Shown here in pieces: positions 35,531 to 42,881 of a DNA stretch of 42,881 nucleotides (position 1 is the stretch's first letter; every line of letters begins with the position of its first letter). The notes under the pieces were generated by a model. That model saw only the letters and a list, made by a program, of their open reading frames with translations, made no database searches and had not been told where the DNA came from. A program made the position numbers and the translations under genes. Origin of the DNA: a virus (Duplodnaviria; Caudoviricetes); the IMG/VR virus record IMGVR_UViG_3300027969_000172, positions 1 to 42,881 of that record; one strand, written 5' to 3'.

Positions 35531-37063
35531 TTATTTAACGATTTTACCCTTGGCATCCTTCCATGTGGTGCCCCCATCGGTAGAAGTAATTGTCTCACCT
35601 TTGGCGTTTACGGCAGTCTGTACTGTTGATTCAACGCCAACTGGTGCATCTTTTACGCCTTGGTTTGCAAAGATTTGTCTTTCCCTAGCCTCAATCCTAC
35701 GAAGAATAGTGTTGTATTCGTCTGGAGTAATGCCGGGCTCTTTGGCTTGTGCTGCTAGATTTTGAATTACCTTGTCAATTCCAATTTTGGTCATTGCAAG
35801 ATTTATTTTTCTTTCTTCAGCAGTAGGCTTAGATGCGATTGTGGCATCGGCAGAGCGTTTGCTCTGCTCATACATACGCTGTTCGTGCGCCTCTTGCGCT
35901 TTATAACGCGCTTCTTGAGCGGTACGCTGTTTGGCTTTATCTTCAAGATCAAGTACATCTTTAGAGCGTGAGCCTTGCAGTTCTGCAATCTTACCTTCGC
36001 GAGCTTCAATAGCGGCCTTGAGTTTCATTCCATCATCTATACGGCCTTCAGCAAACGCGCGTTGCATCTGCTCAATGTCAGACTGGAGCTTAATAGTCTC
36101 AATGGTCTGAGCACGTTCCAGAGCTTGCTGTTTGGCGGCACGTTCTTCTGTGGCTTGTGTAGCGGCGTTATATGATTTACCAAAGCCACCAAAAGCCGCA
36201 CCAAGGCTACCCATACCCTTTTGCCCACGGGTAGCTTCACCAGCGGCAATCAAAGCCTGTGACAGAGCGGCAAGACCTTGCCGGCCTTCGCCCTCTTGGA
36301 ACCTAGAGCGTTGAGCTGTGTTCTGGGACTCAAGTTCTGTAGCCAGTTTACCCAATGCTTCACCAGGAGCTTTGTTTAAAATTGCCGCAAATTGAGGATT
36401 TGACTCAATAAAGCGTTTGCGCTCATCATCCCTACTGGCAGGCATAGGAAGACCAAAGTCACCCTTTAGTTGAGAAGCTAAGATCCTGTTAGCCAAACCA
36501 ACGGGAAGTTTGTCTGAGCTGGCATCACCATACGTTCCTGACTCTTCAGCACTATAAGGAGTACCTGGAGGTAAGACTAACTGGTTATTGTCTTCATCAG
36601 CAAAAGCAACAATGCCGCCGGGTGCGTAGCTAAACATATCAGGATCAACTGGTAATGTGGCCAGTCCACCGCCAGCCATGCCGGGAGCAGGAATACCGCC
36701 GGGCTGAGCCATTTGTTGTGGAGGCATCTTCTGAGCCATCGGAGGGTTCTGCATCTTAGGCATCTGAGGAGCCATCTGGGGCTGTGCGGCAGGCACAGGT
36801 TGAGGCATTCCTTCAGGGTTAATCCTCATGTTCATGCCCTGACCAATACCCGGCAAAGCCACTTGTTGGTTTAGTTCACTTTCAAGCTTTTCTTTCACAG
36901 AAGCATTAGGAGCCTGCGCCGCGCGTTGCTCCATGTTCTTTCGTCTGTTCATTTCACCCAAAGCCATGTACGGAGGTACCTCTGGGTTTTGCCCGTTAGC
37001 ATAGGACATGATTGCCTGTGTAGGCAAATCCTTCAGATGTTCTTGAATTTGGATGAGGTTCAT
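35531..37063 (-). CDS. Internal virion / ejection protein
   Basis: 510 aa Q/A/G-rich helical; MAGGGLA and YAPGGIVAFA motifs; operon position. Confidence 0.65.
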   Translation of the reverse strand: MNLIQIQEHLKDLPTQAIMSYANGQNPEVPPYMALGEMNRRKNMEQRAAQAPNASVKEKLESELNQQVALPGIGQGMNMRINPEGMPQPVPAAQPQMAPQMPKMQNPPMAQKMPPQQMAQPGGIPAPGMAGGGLATLPVDPDMFSYAPGGIVAFADEDNNQLVLPPGTPYSAEESGTYGDASSDKLPVGLANRILASQLKGDFGLPMPASRDDERKRFIESNPQFAAILNKAPGEALGKLATELESQNTAQRSRFQEGEGRQGLAALSQALIAAGEATRGQKGMGSLGAAFGGFGKSYNAATQATEERAAKQQALERAQTIETIKLQSDIEQMQRAFAEGRIDDGMKLKAAIEAREGKIAELQGSRSKDVLDLEDKAKQRTAQEARYKAQEAHEQRMYEQSKRSADATIASKPTAEERKINLAMTKIGIDKVIQNLAAQAKEPGITPDEYNTILRRIEARERQIFANQGVKDAPVGVESTVQTAVNAKGETITSTDGGTTWKDAKGKIVK

Positions 37064-37068
37064 TTTAT

Positions 37069-38709
37069 TTACTCAGGTACTTTCTGACCCACATTAAGGC
37101 CAAGAGCGCTTAACAATTCACCAACGTTTTTATATCCCAAAGCAGAAGCGGCGGCAGTACCACCTCCTAAAGCAGATAACAGAGCGCCTACACCAGTGAT
37201 ATTGGCGGGCGTATTTGTTACTGATCCTGTAGGCAATCCAGAAATCATGTCACGCTGGAACTGAACTTGTTGGAATGGATACTGACGCTGTTGGTTAAAC
37301 TCAGCCAGATCAGCCGCAATACCTTCAGAAGTAATGCCGCGCTGTTGAGCACCAGCACCAAGTTGGGCATTAATATTGGCAAGATTGGTCTGGTTCTGAG
37401 TAGCACCCAAGTTACCTTGAGCTTGAGCCGCGCTAAGAGCTGTACTTAAACCAGCCAAACCTTGCTGCGCTCCAAACTGTTTAGACTGTTCAGAAGCCGC
37501 TTGTGCTGCTTGGCCATACTGCGCCGCTTGCTGTGCCGCAGTCATGCCCTGCTGAGCACCAAACTGGCGTGAAGCCTCACCCTGACGAGCCGCTTCCAAA
37601 GCCGCATTAATGTTTCCCTGACCGGCAGTAAGTCCAGCAGATTGGTTAGCCAATGCCGCCTGTAGACCCTGCGCGCCAGCTGTTGTAGCCGCTTGTAATC
37701 CAAGGTTTGCACCAAACTGACGAGAAGCCTCACCAGCTTGTTGACCTGCAAGACCATACTGAGCCGCAGACTGAGCGCCAGTCATTGCCTGCTGTTGGTT
37801 AAACTGACGAGCTGTTTCTTGAGCTTGCTGTGCAGACATACCATACTGAGCCATTAGTTGAGCGGCAGTCATAGACTGGCCAGCACCAAATTGCTTGGAC
37901 TGCTCAGAGGCCTGCTGAGCCTGCATATTACGGGCTTGGTCTTGGTTGTACTGACTCATAGCGTTCTGAAACGCTGTGTCGTAACCCTTACCAGTGATAC
38001 TAGCTAGGTTAGTGCCAAGGTTACGCTGACCTTCTGCGGTCAAGATAGCCTGACGACCACCACCAAACGCGCCAGCTCGCGTCATTGCGGCTTTGTTTTG
38101 TTGTTCTGTAATATCAGATTGACGGCGAGCTTCTTGCAATTGAGGGCTTAGAGATGCCTGCAAATACGGGTTCATGTATTGCTGAGCTTGCTCTCCACCA
38201 AACGTTCCAGAGCTAAACGCTGTGTTTTGGTACTGGCCGGGAGCGTTAAACTGGTTTGTAAAGTTAGTGGCTCCAGATTGTGTTGGTGCTTGAAACTGGT
38301 TACCAAACGTGCCGGCTTGATATGCGCTAGGAGCATTGAACTGAGAAGATACAGTATTGGCGTTTAACTGGTTATATTGAGGACCACCAGAAGGCGTATA
38401 CGCACCGGGAGCATTAAACTGGCTTGTAAACTGAGTTGGGGAATACCCCATGTTCTGAGCTTTAGATGCAATATCGCCAGCCGTGGTGGCCGCTTGACCA
38501 ATACTAGCCGGAACTGTTAATGAGCCAATACCTTGAAACGCCTGATTTTGCAGATCAGAAGCGCCAGCAGTCAGCGGTCCTTGATATGCCTGATAGGGCG
38601 TTTCAGATAAAGCTTGAGCCTTGCCAAGGTAATTGGTAATGTAAGGAGCCGCCCAATCGGCTAGGCCTTGGGTGTTTGTCGATCCTGAAGGTAGAGTTTC
38701 TCCGGCCAT
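37069..38709 (-). CDS. DNA ejection (pilot-like) protein with internal repeats
   Basis: APYITNYLG, QYMNPY, AGAFGGGRQ, repeated E.S.QFGA and QFNAP, hydrophobic Gly-rich C-terminus. Confidence 0.7.
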   Translation of the reverse strand: MAGETLPSGSTNTQGLADWAAPYITNYLGKAQALSETPYQAYQGPLTAGASDLQNQAFQGIGSLTVPASIGQAATTAGDIASKAQNMGYSPTQFTSQFNAPGAYTPSGGPQYNQLNANTVSSQFNAPSAYQAGTFGNQFQAPTQSGATNFTNQFNAPGQYQNTAFSSGTFGGEQAQQYMNPYLQASLSPQLQEARRQSDITEQQNKAAMTRAGAFGGGRQAILTAEGQRNLGTNLASITGKGYDTAFQNAMSQYNQDQARNMQAQQASEQSKQFGAGQSMTAAQLMAQYGMSAQQAQETARQFNQQQAMTGAQSAAQYGLAGQQAGEASRQFGANLGLQAATTAGAQGLQAALANQSAGLTAGQGNINAALEAARQGEASRQFGAQQGMTAAQQAAQYGQAAQAASEQSKQFGAQQGLAGLSTALSAAQAQGNLGATQNQTNLANINAQLGAGAQQRGITSEGIAADLAEFNQQRQYPFQQVQFQRDMISGLPTGSVTNTPANITGVGALLSALGGGTAAASALGYKNVGELLSALGLNVGQKVPE

Positions 38710-38718
38710 AACAGCTCC

Positions 38719-41700
38719 TTATGCGGGTAAATATTTATGTGCTTTTGTGTCAGCAGCTACGTTCTTTGTTTTGCGGCGGGCTTTCTGGACACGATCCATC
38801 ATCCCGTACAGTTTGTCAGCGCCAGACTTTGTGTCGCCGTTACCTAGTTCAGACACAATGCGCGCTGGTACAACAAACTCACCTGTGGCTAAGCGGGCTG
38901 GTTGTTTACCACCGATTGTCGCAGGAATTGAGTCAGATACACCATCGCCGGGACCACGCAATAGACGGCCACCATCTGAATAACCACCCAGATTAGACAT
39001 ACCACCACCGGCCAGTCCCATCAAACCACCTTCGGCCGCTTTGGCTGTGTAAGTTGTTGGTGAGAAGTAGTTAACACCACCAGCTCCGGGGCGTCCTACT
39101 GGAGCATATGGGAGTTGTGAACGATTGGCAGACAAAGCAGGAATACTAGAGGCCGCGCTTGAGCCACCACCCTTGCTGTTCATCATGGCCATCATTGCCA
39201 TTAAAGCCATAATCAAGCCGTTGTTGTTTGTGCCGGGTGATGCGGCCGTAGGTTTAGCGGCAGTTTTTGATGTGCTTGTAGAGGCTTTAGAACCGCCGGG
39301 AGTGGATCCTGTACCACCAGTAGCACCAACATAGCCAGAACTGCTAGAGTTCAATGTGCCGTTTTTGACGAGAGCTTTAACTTGATCTTCATCCAAATAA
39401 GATGATTGACCAGTTGTTGGATCCAAAATTGTGGCTGTGCCATCGTCATTAATCATAACTCTGTTGGTTCCAACAGTCTGATATTGGCTACCAAATCCAC
39501 CAGCTGGATTGAAGTTCTTATTAAACTCATCCATCATTTGCTGAGATACGCCGCTATCTTGAACGTCATAACTAGGAGGTGTATAGTCACCCTGCTGCAT
39601 AGCTCTGTAACGAGCAAGCTCATCTGGCGACAGGTTCTTCAAAAAGTCTTCATTTACTCCGCCAGATAACGAATTTAATACATCATCAATATTTGCTGGA
39701 GGAGGTGCTTGTTCTTCCTCAAAATAATTAAATCCACTTGGATTAATTAAAGAAGACAAATTGCCCATGTAGTCGCCACCAGTATCTTCATCCATGGTTT
39801 TTTCCTTTCCAGTAGCGGGCTCTGCCGCAGTTTCGGTTTTAGTTCCCAGTGTATCTGTGACAGCCTTGTTTATCAAGTTATCAACAGCTGGTTGTTCTTC
39901 TTGAGTTGGCAATTGACCTAGTAACTTATCAAGGTCAAATGGCATATCTTGAATAACGGGCTTTTCTTCTATTTGCGGTACTTCTTGAGGAAGCGTTCTA
40001 CTCTCTACAGTAGGCTCTGCATATGGCTGCAAACTACGCAATAACTCATCAATACTGGCCGGCTCTTCAGTAACTGTAGGCTGAGCAACGGGCTCCTCTG
40101 CCACAGGTTGAACAGCTGGTTCTACAATTGGTTCAGGCTGTATTTGACGTAAGAGCTCAGTAACATTTGTAGGCTCTGGTGTAGGCTCTGGCAAAATTTG
40201 CTTTTTAGCCTCTGCATTTGCCCTGTCAATAGCATCCTGTTTATCTTTAGCTTCTTGAGTTTCCCGGGCAACTTGCTCTTCATAAGCTTTCTGATCTGCT
40301 TCAGCTTGTGCCCGCTCTCTGTCAATAGCCGCCTGTCTTTCAGCCGCAGCTTGTGCATCTTTTGCTACTTGAGCATCATGCTCTTCTTGGTCAGCTTTGG
40401 CTTTAGCTTGCGCCCGTGCATCATCCGCTTGTTTAGCTTCTGCCGCCGCTTTGTCAATAGCGTCTTGTCTTTCCTTGGCCGCTTTAGTCTCTTGGGCTAC
40501 TTGTTCATCATGAGCTCTTTGAGCGGCTTCAGCTTCTTCATTTGCTTTTTGAATAGCAGCTTGGCGCTCTTGAGCATCTCTATCTGCTTGCTCTTGGTAA
40601 GCCTTTTCTCTAGCCGCTTGCTCCTGTGCAACTCTTTCCGCAGATGCCTGTTGTTCAGCAACATTAATACCAGGAGCGGCCTTCTCTTTGAGCGGTTCCA
40701 ACTGAGCAAGCAATTCATTTATGTTTTGAGGTTCTTGAGAAACAGTTACAGGCTCTGGCTCATACCCAATCTGCTTTAAGATCTCATCGTTACTTGGACC
40801 TGTATCTGTACTTGGCTGGTCAGGCATCTTTGGCATGATAGATGCCATCATGTCTTCATATGTCTGCGGAGCTGGTGCCGCATTCCTTGCTTCAGCTACA
40901 GCACCACTGGCCAAAGATGACGCTTTGCCTACTAAAGCATTCTGTATGGCTTGGTCGATAGGAGTGCCAGTAGCAACAGCCGCTATCAAGTTTGATGTGA
41001 GGTTTTTGTCTGTAGCAGACAGACTATCAAGACCCGGCAATTCACCAATAACACTGTTAACACCAGACCCAACAACATTACCCAACAACGCCTGTCCAAG
41101 ATCAGCTTTACCGCCGCTACCAACAAACTGCTGAGTTGTCCTAGCCGCAATATCTGATCCTGTTTTACCTAATAGATCTGTAATACCGCTAGATCCAGAG
41201 ATCAAGTTACCGGCCTGTCCACCCAAATAAGACAGGGCTGTACCTTTGACAATATCGCCAAGGTTGCCACCGGCCAGTAATTGGATGCCAGCATTGGCCG
41301 CTAGTTGGGCAGGCAAAGACAATCCACCAGTAGCCGCCGCAATAGCAATCTGACCAAGCGGCCCAAGATCTTTCATGATATTGGCTAGGTCATTAGATGA
41401 TGCACCTTGCGTGTAAAAGATTGGATTGCCCTGCGCATCGAACTGTACGCCATAGCCAGTATTGCCCTTACCCGCAAACGTACCGCCAAAGAAGTTACCA
41501 GTCTGGCGTTCACTATACGTAATTGGTACAGCCTGCTTTGTAATTTTGTTGCCAAATACTTCTTGTGTTCCAACTGGGGCGCTGTAGTCCGTCCAACTAC
41601 CAGCCTCGCCATTGAATTCATTGGCTTGGACAAGACTTGGGTCTACGGGCTTACCCCGTAAATCTACAAACCCACCTCTACCATCTGGATAAACAGATTC

Positions 41701-42294
41701 ATTGATACCAGTCTGAGTGAACTTTCCAAACTGCTTGATGTCTGTAATACCAATGCCGGCAAGAATCTTGGCCATGTCGGCTGCATTCTTTTCAGCTGAA
41801 CCAAAACCTTCACCAGACCATTTACTGGTTAAACCTTGCCCAAGAATCTGATTTGTAAGTGCATCAATTGCTTTTGGATCAGGACCAACTGGTGCCGCAG
41901 GTTGGGCAGGGGGCACTACAGGTGGAGGTTGGACAGATGGTAAACCAAAGACGCCAGTGTTTTCCTCTTGAGCTACTTGCTCAACAACAGGAGGAGCAAA
42001 AGGCGTTAATGGCTGTGCTATTGGTTGAACAATTGAAGGACTTGGCTGGACTATGGGTTGAGGAATAGGCTGAATAACCTGCTGTACTTGCTGGACTTCA
42101 GGTTGAGGCGCTACTACAGGAGCAACAGGCTGGACTATAGGTTGAACTATAGGCTGTGCTATAGGTTGAATTACGGGTTGCTGAATAGGTAAAGACGTTA
42201 TCCCAGAAGGGATGAAGTTATCAAATTCATCCCCACCAAAACCACCAGTGTCCTCATAGTTCATGAGGTAGTTTTCGTCTCTTCGGATTGCCAT
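38719..42294 (-). CDS. Large virion-associated protein with low-complexity repeats
   Basis: Likely start MAIRRDEN at 42294 (TAATG overlap); PQ-rich, Gly-rich hydrophobic and EAQ coiled-coil segments; C-terminal GPGDGVSDSIPA...LATGEFVVPA domain. Confidence 0.75.
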   Translation of the reverse strand: MAIRRDENYLMNYEDTGGFGGDEFDNFIPSGITSLPIQQPVIQPIAQPIVQPIVQPVAPVVAPQPEVQQVQQVIQPIPQPIVQPSPSIVQPIAQPLTPFAPPVVEQVAQEENTGVFGLPSVQPPPVVPPAQPAAPVGPDPKAIDALTNQILGQGLTSKWSGEGFGSAEKNAADMAKILAGIGITDIKQFGKFTQTGINESVYPDGRGGFVDLRGKPVDPSLVQANEFNGEAGSWTDYSAPVGTQEVFGNKITKQAVPITYSERQTGNFFGGTFAGKGNTGYGVQFDAQGNPIFYTQGASSNDLANIMKDLGPLGQIAIAAATGGLSLPAQLAANAGIQLLAGGNLGDIVKGTALSYLGGQAGNLISGSSGITDLLGKTGSDIAARTTQQFVGSGGKADLGQALLGNVVGSGVNSVIGELPGLDSLSATDKNLTSNLIAAVATGTPIDQAIQNALVGKASSLASGAVAEARNAAPAPQTYEDMMASIMPKMPDQPSTDTGPSNDEILKQIGYEPEPVTVSQEPQNINELLAQLEPLKEKAAPGINVAEQQASAERVAQEQAAREKAYQEQADRDAQERQAAIQKANEEAEAAQRAHDEQVAQETKAAKERQDAIDKAAAEAKQADDARAQAKAKADQEEHDAQVAKDAQAAAERQAAIDRERAQAEADQKAYEEQVARETQEAKDKQDAIDRANAEAKKQILPEPTPEPTNVTELLRQIQPEPIVEPAVQPVAEEPVAQPTVTEEPASIDELLRSLQPYAEPTVESRTLPQEVPQIEEKPVIQDMPFDLDKLLGQLPTQEEQPAVDNLINKAVTDTLGTKTETAAEPATGKEKTMDEDTGGDYMGNLSSLINPSGFNYFEEEQAPPPANIDDVLNSLSGGVNEDFLKNLSPDELARYRAMQQGDYTPPSYDVQDSGVSQQMMDEFNKNFNPAGGFGSQYQTVGTNRVMINDDGTATILDPTTGQSSYLDEDQVKALVKNGTLNSSSSGYVGATGGTGSTPGGSKASTSTSKTAAKPTAASPGTNNNGLIMALMAMMAMMNSKGGGSSAASSIPALSANRSQLPYAPVGRPGAGGVNYFSPTTYTAKAAEGGLMGLAGGGMSNLGGYSDGGRLLRGPGDGVSDSIPATIGGKQPARLATGEFVVPARIVSELGNGDTKSGADKLYGMMDRVQKARRKTKNVAADTKAHKYLPA

Positions 42295-42635
42295 TATCCA
42301 ACCTTCCAATTAGTGCCGTCAGAGTATACGGGTGTAGCAACAGCACCGCCACCAGAAACCGTAGACCCAAACGTAGGAAGCAAAGCATCAGTTACAAAAG
42401 ACCTTGCGCCTTTGCCAGATGTCACCGCGCTTGGTAATGTTGCCACTGTGTAGTTCGTCAGTGCTGGGATAATCTCATCTGTCTTTAGTTGATTCAAAAT
42501 AGCATCAACCCTGTTGAAGTACAAACGAAGCACGTTGTTTAGCTGATCGGCGTATTGCCGTTCATACTGCATTGGAGACAGCGGTAAGTTAGGCGAGGCA
42601 ACCTGATTGATTTCAAAGTCAGAAATAACAATCAT
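42294..42635 (-). CDS. Tail-module protein
   Basis: PNLP.SP.QY...QLNNVLRLYFN coiled coil plus TVATLPSA...PVYSDGTNWKVG fibre-like motif. Confidence 0.65.
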   Translation of the reverse strand: MIVISDFEINQVASPNLPLSPMQYERQYADQLNNVLRLYFNRVDAILNQLKTDEIIPALTNYTVATLPSAVTSGKGARSFVTDALLPTFGSTVSGGGAVATPVYSDGTNWKVG

Positions 42636-42881
42636 GAATTACCTCTTCTGCCGTCTTGTTTGATGTCAATACGGGGTGAACCCAACTGCCAAGCGCATCC
42701 TAGCTGATTAGACTCAATTTGAATAATCATCTGACGGCCTCGCACCCTGACGTACACCTGACCTGTAAACTGCTCAATCACAGAAGTCGATGTACGGGTT
42801 ACTGTGGCACTTGAGTTACCGCCTACAGAGATAGGATTGTTATATCCAGAGCCTGAGTTCTGCATGGGGATTAGCGACATT
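42632..42881 (-). CDS. C-terminal fragment of tail (stabilisation/nozzle-like) protein, 5'-truncated
   Basis: VRVRGRQM...WQLGSPRIDIKQDGRR ending; frame open to window edge. Confidence 0.6.
   Translation of the reverse strand, partial: MSLIPMQNSGSGYNNPISVGGNSSATVTRTSTSVIEQFTGQVYVRVRGRQMIIQIESNQLGCAWQLGSPRIDIKQDGRRGNS

Noticed and set aside
40198-40779. 193-aa hydrophobic plus-strand ORF and similar antisense ORFs across 25.7-42 kb
   Set aside because: Shadow frames of E/Q/K/A-rich minus-strand genes; no RBS or recognisable motifs
1-42881. Alternative genetic code or stop-codon reassignment
   Set aside because: Standard code gives intact long genes, including a 10-kb ORF, and dense coverage outside the 20.3-21.0 kb region

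Overview
About 43 kb of a tailed dsDNA phage genome (Caudoviricetes, podovirus-like gene set, probably infecting a Gram-negative proteobacterium). No integrase, DNA polymerase, lysis gene, tRNA or CRISPR array was recognised in the window. Layout: (1) 1-9.1 kb, minus-strand head and packaging module (TerS, LexA-like HTH, TerL, portal, GroES, scaffold, decoration protein, Mu gpT-like major capsid, then a structured RNA leader); (2) 9.4-13.9 kb, plus-strand cluster of small, presumably early genes that is strikingly rich in CAGCTG/GGCC palindromes; (3) 13.9-20.3 kb, minus-strand operon (paralogous small genes, ParB-like protein, SF2 helicase, Toprim primase); (4) 20.3-21.0 kb, a gene-free control region with several predicted structured RNAs (anti-Shine-Dalgarno sRNA, attenuator, multi-branch RNA, G-tract); (5) RuvC and a plus-strand recombination operon led by a stand-alone RNA polymerase alpha-CTD homologue; (6) 25.4-42.9 kb, minus-strand tail and ejection genes including a 3368-aa polyvalent protein (two ART-like domains, GNAT, L,D-transpeptidase, zincin, LPD38-like). 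A palindrome, TTAACA-N-TGTTAA, recurs across the window. All calls come from motif recognition by eye; no database searches were run.
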